DNA of 64,000 nt. It comes from Candidatus Uhrbacteria bacterium (GTDB lineage: Bacteria; Patescibacteriota; Patescibacteriia; UBA9934). The DNA is taken from contig CAWGHH010000004.1 of NCBI GenBank assembly GCA_963822405.1, forward strand, positions 6,226-70,225, given 5' to 3'. Positions 21,958-32,325 of this stretch are shown one piece after another; the first letter of the stretch is position 1, and every line of letters starts with the position of its first letter. The notes below the pieces were generated by a model. The model was not told the DNA's origin, searched no databases, and worked only from the letters and a program-made list of their open reading frames with translations. A program made the position numbers and the translations under genes.

Positions 21958-22091
21958 AGTAGATAAATAATAGCATAAACAACCCTCTAACCAGCCGAGC
22001 TAAACATCCGTGTGACGGAGTTTATCGTATTTTTTGCCCAGTGTCGAGTGTCTTGCGGACCAGTCATTTTATCGCTATACTCGCCCTTGAT

Positions 22092-23594
22092 ATGGATCAC
22101 CGCCCCATGGATCTTCTCCACCCTTCAGACGAGTTAACAACCCCGTCGGGAGTAGAACAGACCACTACCTCAAAACAACGTCGCTCTTTTTCTGCACTTA
22201 ACCTGATATTTTTTGGAGCATGCATTCTGGGAGTAGGAGGTTTTCTCCTTTTTGCGGGTATCACAAAGAGCACAGGCTATGAAGATGGCGCGCCGTTGTC
22301 ATTATTTAGTACGCTGGCTCGCCTGGTTGGTTCAGGCGAGAAATCACTTTCCGGAGAAACTGAAGATAGAATCAATATACTGTTATTAGGTATAGGCGGA
22401 ACCGGACATGACGGACCAGAGCTCACAGATACCATGATTTTTGGCAGTTTTCGCCCAAGCACTAAAGAACTTGGCCTAATCTCTATTCCGCGTGACCTAA
22501 CGGTCTTTGTCCCTGGTGAGGGCTACAGAAAAATTAACGCTGTAAACGCCCTAGCGGAACAGGCAAAGCCAAGTAGCGGACGAGACGCCTCGGCTAAAGC
22601 CGTCAGCGAAATTCTGGGTCAATCAGTGCCCTTCACTATCAAAGCTGATTTCCAAGGCTTCGCGGATGTTATTGACGCACTCGGAGGCGTAGATGTTTAC
22701 GTAGAAAGAAGTTTCACTGATTCCACATACCCGCTTGATGACGGCCTTGGGGGCATCAAAACTATTACCTTCACCAAAGGCTGGGCGCATATGGACAGTG
22801 TCATGGCACTTGAGTATTCAAGGTCTCGCCATGGCGGCAGTGGAGAAGGTACAGATTTTGCCCGTGCCGCTCGTCAACAAAAAATTCTACTAGCGCTAAA
22901 AGACAAAGCGCTGAGCATGGATGTGATTCTGAACCCGACAAAACTTTCACGGATCATGGGCATCATTCAAAAAAATGTCCAAACTAACATGACGGCGTTT
23001 GAAATGTTAAAGTTTGCTAAATACATTCCAGATATTTCAACTGATAGAATCGCTCTGCATGTCCTTGATGCCACTGGCGGTCTGTTATATGAAACTTACA
23101 TAAATAGCGCCTACGTCCTTCTGCCTTATGAGGAAGACTGGAGTGATTTGAAAACGCTAGCTACCAACGTCTACTCCCGTGATATCCCTGGAGCAAAAAC
23201 TCCACTACCAACTCCCAGCAACACAATCGAAAACGCTCTCACAATTGAAATTCAAAATGGGACGCTGACTTCCGGACTCGCCGGAGACACAGCTCAACTG
23301 CTGCAGTCGTCAGGATTCACAGTGTCACTCGTAACCAACGCCGAAAACCGCAACACTCCAAAAACAACCATTTACGACTTTACTGACGGAAAGAAGGGGG
23401 TAGAACTTTCGGCGCTCAAATCGTATTTAAAGGCCTCTGTTGTCATGACAAAGATCGGCTCCATGAAGACACACGAGGTGATTCCTGACGTCGTCCTTGA
23501 GAAACAAACTCTTGAGGCTATGAAAAAAAGCACTGGATTAATTGACTTTTTAGTGGTCTTAGGGCAGGATTCGACGTCACTCTCTTTTAGATAA
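22092..23594 (+). CDS. LCP family protein with LytR C-terminal domain
   Basis: TDTMI, SIPRDL, DFARAARQQ, IEIQNGT..SGLA. Confidence 0.9.
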   Translation: MDHRPMDLLHPSDELTTPSGVEQTTTSKQRRSFSALNLIFFGACILGVGGFLLFAGITKSTGYEDGAPLSLFSTLARLVGSGEKSLSGETEDRINILLLGIGGTGHDGPELTDTMIFGSFRPSTKELGLISIPRDLTVFVPGEGYRKINAVNALAEQAKPSSGRDASAKAVSEILGQSVPFTIKADFQGFADVIDALGGVDVYVERSFTDSTYPLDDGLGGIKTITFTKGWAHMDSVMALEYSRSRHGGSGEGTDFARAARQQKILLALKDKALSMDVILNPTKLSRIMGIIQKNVQTNMTAFEMLKFAKYIPDISTDRIALHVLDATGGLLYETYINSAYVLLPYEEDWSDLKTLATNVYSRDIPGAKTPLPTPSNTIENALTIEIQNGTLTSGLAGDTAQLLQSSGFTVSLVTNAENRNTPKTTIYDFTDGKKGVELSALKSYLKASVVMTKIGSMKTHEVIPDVVLEKQTLEAMKKSTGLIDFLVVLGQDSTSLSFR

Positions 23595-23602
23595 CCGCCA
23601 TT

Positions 23603-24982
23603 ATGGTGAAAGCTCCAAAAGTCGCCCTGATTGGACGAACAAACGTAGGTAAGTCCTCCCTCTTCAACAAACTAGTAGAGGAGGAAAAATCACTCGTTTC
23701 AGATGTCGCGGGTACAACCCGAGATCGTTTTGAAGCTCCCTGCCTCTGGCGTGGACATGTGATTACGGTTGTTGATACTGGCGGACTAGACGTCAATAAA
23801 GCAGACGAAATAGAAAAGAACGTGATTGATCAGACCAAGAAGGCCATGGAGCAGGCTGATGTTATTTTATTGGTGGTTGATCTCACTATTGGCTGTACCG
23901 CCGAAGACCTAATCATTTCCAAGGAACTTGTCTCCGGAAAAACACCCGTCATTGTAGTTGGCAACAAAGCTGACTCGGCCGCTATCAGAGCCAAACCAGA
24001 TTCTGAAGAATGGGCCAACTGGCCACTCAAAAAGCCAATGGCTATCTCAGCCAAACAAGGAACCGGCGTCGGAGACTTGCTAGATGAAATTTATGCCGCG
24101 CTAGAAACAGCCGGCAAGACACCGGTTGAGATTACTGACGTTCTGCCAATGCGCGTAGCAGTTTTGGGCGAGCCGAACGTTGGCAAGTCAACACTTTTGA
24201 ACGCAGTCTTGGGCGAGGAACGTTTCATTACCGCTAACCTTCCCCATACCACCCGTGAACCAAACGATGCAACCATTGAACATGAAGGTCGTACTTACGT
24301 CTTTATTGATACAGCTGGCATTCGCAAGCATGCAGCCATGGTTCGTTCTGGAACAAAGCTAGAAGTTCAAGGTGTAGAAAAAACTATAGATCTTTTGCGC
24401 CGAACAGACGTTGCACTTTTCGTCATTGACGTGACGCGCGGTATCACTGGCCAGGATAAGCATCTAGCTGGCGTGTTAGCCGAGTCTGGCGTGTCTACAA
24501 TTATTGTAGTCAACAAGTGGGATCTAATTGAAAATAAAACTACCAGCTCGACAAACGATTTTGAGGCTCAAGTTCGTGGCTGGCTCCCTCAACTCAAGTA
24601 CGCTCCTATTCTCTTTACCTCCGCGCTTACCGGCCAGAGAGCCATGAAGGTCTTCCCGATGATTGATAGCGTGTTCCAAAGCCGATTTACCGAACTTTCA
24701 GACGAAGAGTCTCGTCAATTCATTTCCCGCGCCATCTCCCGCCATAAGCCAGTTAAGGGCAAGGGCGTGAAACATCCAAAGATTGAAAAGTTCGTTCAGG
24801 TTGGCGTGAACCCACCACGTTTTGTCCTTTCCGTAAACCTTTCAAGAAAGGACTCACTAGCTGACTCCTACGTTCGCTTCCTTGAAAACGTCATGCGTGA
24901 ACACTACGATTTTACCGGTACCCCAATCAGAATCAGAATCGACGCCGCTCGCAAGTCACACACTACCTACGATCCAAATTAG
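23603..24982 (+). CDS. der: Ribosome biogenesis GTPase Der (EngA)
   Basis: Two G domains (GRTNVGKS, GEPNVGKS), DTAGIRK, C-terminal FTGTPIRI. Confidence 0.97.
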   Translation: MVKAPKVALIGRTNVGKSSLFNKLVEEEKSLVSDVAGTTRDRFEAPCLWRGHVITVVDTGGLDVNKADEIEKNVIDQTKKAMEQADVILLVVDLTIGCTAEDLIISKELVSGKTPVIVVGNKADSAAIRAKPDSEEWANWPLKKPMAISAKQGTGVGDLLDEIYAALETAGKTPVEITDVLPMRVAVLGEPNVGKSTLLNAVLGEERFITANLPHTTREPNDATIEHEGRTYVFIDTAGIRKHAAMVRSGTKLEVQGVEKTIDLLRRTDVALFVIDVTRGITGQDKHLAGVLAESGVSTIIVVNKWDLIENKTTSSTNDFEAQVRGWLPQLKYAPILFTSALTGQRAMKVFPMIDSVFQSRFTELSDEESRQFISRAISRHKPVKGKGVKHPKIEKFVQVGVNPPRFVLSVNLSRKDSLADSYVRFLENVMREHYDFTGTPIRIRIDAARKSHTTYDPN

Positions 24983-25002
24983 GTTGTAGAATAGTGGAAG
25001 GT

Positions 25003-25563
25003 ATGACCTTCATCATTCTTGGCCTTGGTAATCCTGGTGAGGAATACGAGAGAACTCGGCATAACGCCGGGTTTCTTGTTGTTAATGAATTAGCAAAAAA
25101 ACTAAACGTCTCTTTTAAGGACGTAGATTCTTTTCAAGCCGAAGTTGCTGACGGACGGATTGGAGATCACAAAGTCATCATTGCAAAACCATGGACGTTC
25201 ATGAATGCTTCTGGTCGAGCCGTCAGTGCCCTGGCTAATTTCTACAAAGTGCCCCCAAATCACATCATCATCGTCGCTGACGATGTCTCTCTTCCACTTG
25301 GAACGCTCAGAGTACGCACCGAAGGATCAGCTGGCGGACATAACGGATTGAAATCGATCATCGAACATCTAAAAACAGAATCATTCCCCCGCGTAAAAAT
25401 CGGCGTAGATCCTCAACCAGCCAACGTCCCTCTGGAGGCCTGGGTGCTCTCAAGGCTCTCCAAAGATGAACTCAAACTCTTGTCACCCGTCATTGATCAG
25501 GCGGTTAACGAGCTCATAGACGCAGTCCAGGAAGGAGTCTCGCCCACTACCGCCAAACTATGA
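25003..25563 (+). CDS. pth: Peptidyl-tRNA hydrolase
   Basis: GLGNPG, TRHNAG, MNASG, GGHNGLKS. Confidence 0.97.
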   Translation: MTFIILGLGNPGEEYERTRHNAGFLVVNELAKKLNVSFKDVDSFQAEVADGRIGDHKVIIAKPWTFMNASGRAVSALANFYKVPPNHIIIVADDVSLPLGTLRVRTEGSAGGHNGLKSIIEHLKTESFPRVKIGVDPQPANVPLEAWVLSRLSKDELKLLSPVIDQAVNELIDAVQEGVSPTTAKL

Positions 25564-26658
25564 CAGACCCGTTTCTTGTTGCCCTCGCAAACTGTCCTGT
25601 TTTTGGATCTAGATCGCTCGAAAAACTGATGACACGATTTTCTACCGCTGAAGCCGCCTGGGTATCGAGCCCAGACGAACTCATGACGCTCGGACTTGGG
25701 GAACAAAGAGCAAACGCATTCATCGCGTATCGCAAAACAACGAATCCACTATCCCTCACTGAATTGCTCAGAACAACCGGCGTACGAATGATCACCAAAG
25801 ATGATTCTGAATATCCGCCACTCCTCAAAACAATCTTTGATCCGCCATTTGTATTATTTCTAAAAGGAGCGCCACTTAAAGAATTGTGCGTTTCTATTGT
25901 TGGTTCTCGTCGGAATACTGAATACGGCAAAAAAGTCGCCACTCGATTCGCCAAAGAACTAGCCCAAAGAAACATAAGCATCATTTCCGGCCTAGCAGAA
26001 GGAATAGATACCGCCGCATATAAAGGAGCAATCGAAGGAAAAGGACATACTGTAGCCGTGCTTGGCGGAGGATTATTAAAACGCAATAGCCGTGATAAAG
26101 AATTAGCAGCCCAAGAAGTACTCGCCAATAACGGCACCGTTATTTCAGAGTTCCCTCTACGAGGATCGTTTATAAGTTTTCATTTTCCGATGCGCAATAG
26201 AATAATTGCAGGCATGAGTAAAATTACACTAATTGTCGAAGCGGCCCTGCCATCCGGCACGTTAACCACAGCCAAGGCAGCGGCTGAAGCAGGTCGGGAT
26301 GTATTCGCTGTACCCGGTCCAATAGATTCATTTACCTCTACAGGAACAAACAATCTTATAAAAGAAGGCGCTTTTGTTGCAACTAGCCCAGAAGACATAT
26401 TTCTTGCTCTCGAAATGAGTTCGCCGTCCCCAAGGCCAGCGACTATTCAAAATCAAATTTCTTTACCAAAAATTCTTCCCACTCTAGAACCCATTTCTGC
26501 AAAACTCTACGAGCATCTCCAAACAGGCACCTCTCTTTGCGGATGAACTTACTCTAAAGACCGGACTGTCTTCACCAGAAGTTTCACGGGCACTACTCGA
26601 ACTAGAACTCATGAGTCTCGTGAAGCACTTGGGAGGAACTAGGTACGAGTGTACCTGA
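25560..26658 (+). CDS. dprA: DNA-processing protein DprA (single-base frameshift near 26525-26540; winged-helix tail continues to TGA 26656-26658)
   Basis: IVGSR, SGLAEGID, FPMRNRII; alternative frame gives PLFADELTLKTGLSSPEVSRALLELELMSLVKHLGGTRY. Confidence 0.9.
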
Positions 26659-26660
26659 GC

Positions 26661-26737
26661 GGAATGAAGAGATATGTCCCATAAAATTTGAGTCGGATTA
26701 CCTCCTAAAAATTTTATGGGACATATCTCTTCATTCC
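26661..26737. repeat. Conserved-loop palindrome, copy 2 (loop inverted relative to the other copies)
   Basis: Perfect 29-bp arms around GAGTCGGATTACCTCCTAA at 26690-26708. Confidence 0.92.
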
Positions 26738-26739
26738 TA

Positions 26740-26818
26740 GGGCGAATCGTAAATGTCCTCCAGAAATTTTTAGGAGGTAATCCGACTCAAATTTCCGGAG
26801 GATATTTACGATTCGCCC
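26740..26818. repeat. Conserved-loop palindrome, copy 3
   Basis: 30-bp arms (2 mismatches) around TTAGGAGGTAATCCGACTC at 26770-26788. Confidence 0.92.
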
Positions 26819-26900
26819 GACCAAATTTTAGGGAAATACTTTCATTGTTGAAGAGACTCCTTGACGATGATGTATCATTCGAGCTATCAATTTCGCAAAT

Positions 26901-29177
26901 ATGCCCCCACTTCTAATTGTAGAGTCCCCCACCAAAGCCAAAACAATTAACAAATTTCTTGGCTCAAGTTACACAGTTATTTCGTCATACGGCCACATTA
27001 GAGATCTTCCAAAAAACAAAATGGGCGTAGATACCAAACACAACTTTGCCCCGACATACATCATCCCAGATGACAAAAAGGATAAAGTGAAGGCCCTTCA
27101 AACGGCTGCAAAAAAAGCTTCAGAAGTCTATCTCGCAACCGACGAAGACCGCGAAGGAGAAGCCATTGCCTGGCACATTGCTGAAGTGCTGGACCTAGAT
27201 GAAAAAACCGCCAAACGCATTACCTTCCACGAGATCACTAAGAGCGCTATAGAGAACGCCCTTAAGAACGCTCGAACGCTAGACATGCACCTGGTAGACG
27301 CCCAACAGGCACGTCGTATTCTTGATCGCCTGGTAGGTTTTGAGTTGTCACCGCTACTCTGGAAAAAAGTCCGAAGAGGACTTTCGGCTGGACGTGTACA
27401 ATCAGTGGCTGTTCGTATTGTAGTAGAGCGTGAACGTGAACGCCTCGCCTTCAACCAAGAAGAGTACTGGTCTATTGAAGGTGTATTTGAAAAATCTGGA
27501 ACTGAATTCCCAGCTAAACTTCAGGCCATCGGCGATAAAAAAATAGACAAGCTAGACATCAAAAATACTAAAGAAGCGCAAGCAATAGTTGAGGCTGTTA
27601 AAGACGCAAAATTTTCAGTCATCTCTGTTGAAGAAAAAGAAGCGAGCAAGAAACCGCCAACCCCACTCACTACTTCCACCCTTCAACAAGAAGCGCATAA
27701 CCGCCTAGGAATGAGCGCGAAGCAAACCATGACGCTAGCACAAAAGCTATACGAAACCGGTTTCATCACTTACATGCGTACTGACTCATTAAACATGAGC
27801 ACGCAATTTCTAGATGCCGCCCAAACATACATCAAAACTACTTTTGGAACTGAATACGCCAAGGGTTCAGTGGCTTACCACACCTCAAAAAAAGGAGCAC
27901 AGGAAGCGCACGAAGCAATTCGCCCGACCAACCCAGACGCATCTCCGGATGATGCTCGCGCCTCGCTTGATCCTGGCATGGCCAAACTATATGACCTCAT
28001 CTGGCGTCGTACCATGGCCTCTCAGATGCCCTCAGCCAAGATGCAGCGAACCGCTATTGATCTCTTGGGTAATGACCACACTTTCCGAGCCACTGGCTCA
28101 ACAGTTGTCTTTGATGGCTACATGAAAGTCTGGCAAGCCTCTGAAGACAAGCTCTTACCCGCCATGACTAAGGGCGATGACCTTGGACCAGCCAAGGAGA
28201 TTAAACCAGAACAGCATTTCACAGAACCTCCTGCTCGCTATTCTGACGCTACGCTAGTCAAAGCACTTGAAGAACATGGCGTCGGTCGTCCATCTACTTA
28301 CGCTCCAACACTGTCGACCATCGAAGCGCGTGAATACGTCCTACGAGATGATAATAAGAAACTATATCCATCAGACATTGCCATGATCGTCACGGATCTT
28401 TTGGTCGAGCATTTTCCACAGATTGTTGACCTAGAATTTACTGCAAAAATGGAAAAGCAGTTCGACGCCATTGCTGACGGCGAAGAATCATGGACCCAAG
28501 CTATAGATGATTTCTACGAGCCGTTCCATAAACTGATTGAAGAGAAAACTGAAGATTTATCACGTTCCGATATCATGAAGGAACGCTCACTCGGCGTAGA
28601 CCCGGTAACTGGTCTTGAAGTCATCGCCAGAAACGGCCGGTTCGGTCCGTTTGTGCAGCTTGGACCAATCACAGACGAGATTAAGCCTAAGCGCGCGTCC
28701 CTTGAAAAGCATCAAGCGCTAGAAACTATCACGCTCACGGACGCCATGAAGCTATTCATTCTGCCTCGTGAGCTAGGCGCCCATCCAAATGGTTACGCGA
28801 TCATTGCCAACACCGGACGCTTCGGTCCGTACCTTAAGTGCGGCGATATGAATATCTCGCTCCCGGAAGGCACAGACCCAAAGACGATCACCCTTGAACA
28901 AGCCATTGAGTTCTGCACAAGCGGTGTTGAAAAGAAGATCAAGATGAACACGCCTATTGCGGAGCTCGGCGAAGATCCGGAAACAAAAGCTAAGATTCTC
29001 GTGAAGGACGGTCGATTCGGCCCGTATGTCACAGACGGCAAAACAAACGCCACCATTAAAAAAGACATCGATCCTAAATCGATTACTCGAGAAATGGCGA
29101 TCGAAATGCTCGAAAAGAAACGCAAGGCACCGAAACGAAAATTCACGCGCAAACCAAAAGAAACAACCGAGGCTTAA
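26901..29177 (+). CDS. topA: DNA topoisomerase I with C-terminal GRFGPY repeats
   Basis: IVESPTKA, ATDEDREGE, SAGRVQS, ITYMRTD, GRPSTYA. Confidence 0.98.
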   Translation: MPPLLIVESPTKAKTINKFLGSSYTVISSYGHIRDLPKNKMGVDTKHNFAPTYIIPDDKKDKVKALQTAAKKASEVYLATDEDREGEAIAWHIAEVLDLDEKTAKRITFHEITKSAIENALKNARTLDMHLVDAQQARRILDRLVGFELSPLLWKKVRRGLSAGRVQSVAVRIVVERERERLAFNQEEYWSIEGVFEKSGTEFPAKLQAIGDKKIDKLDIKNTKEAQAIVEAVKDAKFSVISVEEKEASKKPPTPLTTSTLQQEAHNRLGMSAKQTMTLAQKLYETGFITYMRTDSLNMSTQFLDAAQTYIKTTFGTEYAKGSVAYHTSKKGAQEAHEAIRPTNPDASPDDARASLDPGMAKLYDLIWRRTMASQMPSAKMQRTAIDLLGNDHTFRATGSTVVFDGYMKVWQASEDKLLPAMTKGDDLGPAKEIKPEQHFTEPPARYSDATLVKALEEHGVGRPSTYAPTLSTIEAREYVLRDDNKKLYPSDIAMIVTDLLVEHFPQIVDLEFTAKMEKQFDAIADGEESWTQAIDDFYEPFHKLIEEKTEDLSRSDIMKERSLGVDPVTGLEVIARNGRFGPFVQLGPITDEIKPKRASLEKHQALETITLTDAMKLFILPRELGAHPNGYAIIANTGRFGPYLKCGDMNISLPEGTDPKTITLEQAIEFCTSGVEKKIKMNTPIAELGEDPETKAKILVKDGRFGPYVTDGKTNATIKKDIDPKSITREMAIEMLEKKRKAPKRKFTRKPKETTEA

Positions 29178-31879
29178 TGCCTCGGTTCTGGTTTTGTAAA
29201 TGCTTTCAATGCCTGGCCAGCAATCTCTTGATGAGTGTTAGCGTCCAGGAATCCTACATGCCAACCATCTGCTCCTTGCACTGGAACCACAATTATATTT
29301 CCCTTTGCCTCATCAGTCAGCCACGTTTTCAAAAGTCCGTCATTTTTCGCCATCGTCTTGGACAACCTGCTCGCAAAAAGATGGAATGACATTGGATCGC
29401 CAGAATCAACATATCCATACTGTTTCGGGTTCTGTTCGATCACCCGAACAAGCGCCTGTGTGATACCGTCACCGGATTTAACAGTTCCAGCAGCGAGATC
29501 GGCAGGTGTGAATTCAGATATGGACACTTCAGACATCGGAATCTCAACATGCGCTTCCGGCAATGTGGATCCGATCGTCTCGTGTGCGTTATGCTCACCA
29601 AAAGTCTGCACTCCCCCACCAACCTCACCATGCCTCACAAGCTCGTGCATCACATGGACATCATCATGTGCGGTATAAGCCTTGAGTGCGTCACTTATGC
29701 GATCGTGAAGTTCCACAGAAGTCATCGTTTCCATACTCGGCATGTACTCCCAAAGCTCACGTGATGCGTAGGCGAACGAAGCAACCCGCAATACTTTTCC
29801 CAGCGTCATCAAACCAGCATAAACTTTTTCTCTAGTAGTTTCACCATTCCATGTCTTCGCCGCCTCACGGAATTCATGCGTAATAATTTTCTGAATGTGT
29901 TCGGAAGCCGAAGTCTCTGAAGGTGCGTCTTTCGCAACTTCCCGATAACGTCTTGAAAGTGAGAATCCGGCATAAATAGGCGCCCTGAGCACGTGTGCCC
30001 CCGTCACCGCCAAAATGCTGTTAGCTGCCTCTCTGCCAACGTCAGTACGAGTAATTCTGGAAGTTACTGCATCAGACAAAAGCTTAGCTACAGACTTCGC
30101 CTGAGCGGTATCTATCTTTGCACGCGTTTCTTCCTGAGTGACAGTTCGACGCATTATTTCACCAAGAAGTTTAGCCTTATCTTTTGGCGATAAATATCTA
30201 GACGCGCTTACCCGTTCCGCCATTCGTCTAACGTTGTCTTGATACGAAGCGTAGCCAGCCTCCTCAACACGCCTCGCTCCTCCTTCAACCACCGGCGAGA
30301 GTACCGCCTCTAAATCCGCACGCTCGTGCTTGGTATAAATCGACTGCGTTGTGTATCCAATAACTTCTGGACCAAATTGAACTCCGCCGTAACTCATGGC
30401 TGTACGCAATATGGACGCCGAAAAACTAGCAGCAATTCCAATTTTAGTACGCTCACGTCGCTCACCCAGTTCTTCCTTCGTCTTCTCACCACGAATGTGA
30501 TACGCAATTGATTCTTCAAGCTGCTCGTTGCCGCGATTCCAAATATAAGAAAGTCCCCGACGGAGATGCTCGCCGTAACCCACGTCTTTTTTCTCAATTC
30601 GTTCGGCCGCGGGGATTGCTATCTGCGACAGATCCAAAGAAGAAGCTTCTGGTGTTTTTTCTGCCAATTGATCAATTGGGATTAGTTCTGGCGTCTTCGC
30701 AACTCGCCCCTTAGCAAGTCCACGAACTGGAATTTCTCTTGGTTTGGCTAACTTTTCTCTTATAGAAAATGTCTCATCAACCGGAGTCTTCTCAATAGCT
30801 TTGGTCGGTTTGCGGGTAGGCGTCAGTATAGACCTACGTTTTGACTTCGGTTTTAACTTTGGTTCAGGCTTCTCGGTGCGAACAGGCGCCACATCAGGCG
30901 TCGTCTTTTCTCGGTTAGAGGTATCTGGCTCCTGTCGTACAGCCTCCAAAATATTATCCTCAAGATGCCAATACAACTCTATGTCTCGTTCAATTTTTTT
31001 CGCCTCTTCAATAAGAGATCTGCTCATTCCAGAATGATCGGTATAACTCCGGCGTGCAGCGCCAAACGTGTTCGTAATAGCGTTTAGGCGCCTTCTAATC
31101 TCCGCCTTCTGTGGTTGTTTTACCGCCAACAACACGTCAACCGCCTTAAGCATCTCCTTCAGTTTTGAAAGCTGCGAATTAAATAAGCGGTCAGCCTCAG
31201 GTTCTAATTCTGTTTTCTCTGACTCGATGTCATCAAACTCCTGATCTCCCTGCGCCGTCTCATTTTTGTGAAAGTTCAATCCGTTCAATCGACTAACTAT
31301 TCGATTGAGACGCTCAGATTCAGCTGTATTTCTTTTGGCTCGAATTTCGAAACGTAACTTCTGAATATCAAACGGCAAGGTTGGATGATATTCAATTCCA
31401 TCTTGCACCATCTGCTCTAAAATATTTGCCCGCTTCTCAATAGCAACTATATCCTTCTCACCCTCAGAAACTAAAACCTCCTCCGGCGAAGTAGCCAGAT
31501 CCTTCAAACGATCAAAGTCAGAAAAAAACTGTTCAGCCATTTCTGGCTTGAGCATCTGCAAAACGTCCTCACGAGAACGTACACCTTGAGCTAAACCGTT
31601 AACTTGATATTCAAACTCATTCGGATCGATCTTTCTGCCATCTGCATCTCTAGATTTCCAGAATTTTTGACTCGACAAATCTTCATACAGTGTCTGAAAC
31701 TCGGACTCTTGCTTAGGAGCTTCCGCTACTTCGGCTCCCTGTAAATTACGCAAACTTTCAAGATCGGCCTCGTATTTTTCTTCGTTAATAACAAAATCAG
31801 CAGAACGCTTGTATTCTCTATCGTCAGCAAGCATCCGACGAATTCCTTCTTTGCCAGTATTTTTTCGAGGTTTCCCCAT
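29174..31879 (-). CDS. Large hypothetical protein (charged coiled-coil N-terminal half)
   Basis: 901-aa ORF, no family recognised. Confidence 0.75.
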   Translation of the reverse strand: MGKPRKNTGKEGIRRMLADDREYKRSADFVINEEKYEADLESLRNLQGAEVAEAPKQESEFQTLYEDLSSQKFWKSRDADGRKIDPNEFEYQVNGLAQGVRSREDVLQMLKPEMAEQFFSDFDRLKDLATSPEEVLVSEGEKDIVAIEKRANILEQMVQDGIEYHPTLPFDIQKLRFEIRAKRNTAESERLNRIVSRLNGLNFHKNETAQGDQEFDDIESEKTELEPEADRLFNSQLSKLKEMLKAVDVLLAVKQPQKAEIRRRLNAITNTFGAARRSYTDHSGMSRSLIEEAKKIERDIELYWHLEDNILEAVRQEPDTSNREKTTPDVAPVRTEKPEPKLKPKSKRRSILTPTRKPTKAIEKTPVDETFSIREKLAKPREIPVRGLAKGRVAKTPELIPIDQLAEKTPEASSLDLSQIAIPAAERIEKKDVGYGEHLRRGLSYIWNRGNEQLEESIAYHIRGEKTKEELGERRERTKIGIAASFSASILRTAMSYGGVQFGPEVIGYTTQSIYTKHERADLEAVLSPVVEGGARRVEEAGYASYQDNVRRMAERVSASRYLSPKDKAKLLGEIMRRTVTQEETRAKIDTAQAKSVAKLLSDAVTSRITRTDVGREAANSILAVTGAHVLRAPIYAGFSLSRRYREVAKDAPSETSASEHIQKIITHEFREAAKTWNGETTREKVYAGLMTLGKVLRVASFAYASRELWEYMPSMETMTSVELHDRISDALKAYTAHDDVHVMHELVRHGEVGGGVQTFGEHNAHETIGSTLPEAHVEIPMSEVSISEFTPADLAAGTVKSGDGITQALVRVIEQNPKQYGYVDSGDPMSFHLFASRLSKTMAKNDGLLKTWLTDEAKGNIIVVPVQGADGWHVGFLDANTHQEIAGQALKAFTKPEPRH

Positions 31880-31881
31880 AA

Positions 31882-32241
31882 CTATTCAGTTCTTGGAGCG
31901 CTCTCAAGGGAATCAATCTCTTGTTCTATCTTTGCTAAAGCTTTATTAGCATCGGCCTGGTTGTGGGCATGCGCAAACTGACGCTTCATCTCTTCTGCCT
32001 TCATCGCCAAAATCACATCTTCTGCCTCGTCAAAAATCTGTCTCTCCATGTGGGAAAGCAACATATCCCTGAACTTCCCTATCTGCTCTACTGTCATAAA
32101 CGGCACAAGTTCCGCCCAAGCCCGTTTCTCTTCATCTGCCAGCGGACAATCCAAAAGAAGCTGCGCCAGATCTTCTCCGAGCGCCCGAGCATCTTGAGTA
32201 ATTTTGCGCATTGAATCTGTCTGCGCGTGAGCATGCACCAT
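31882..32241 (-). CDS. Hypothetical helical protein
   Basis: ORF abutting the 901-aa gene, divergent from rel; start uncertain. Confidence 0.6.
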   Translation of the reverse strand: MVHAHAQTDSMRKITQDARALGEDLAQLLLDCPLADEEKRAWAELVPFMTVEQIGKFRDMLLSHMERQIFDEAEDVILAMKAEEMKRQFAHAHNQADANKALAKIEQEIDSLESAPRTE

Positions 32242-32325
32242 AGCCTCTCCATTGTACCGCAGTTTTACTCCACACCGCCTCCCCTTTACGGGATAAGCTG
32301 ACCGCGCTATGTTTGAATTCACGAT

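Noticed and set aside
26716-26916. 66-aa ORF in the dprA-topA spacer, and the N-terminal extension of the pilin ORF to 17936
   Set aside because: They run through palindrome or terminator sequence and are probably not coding.
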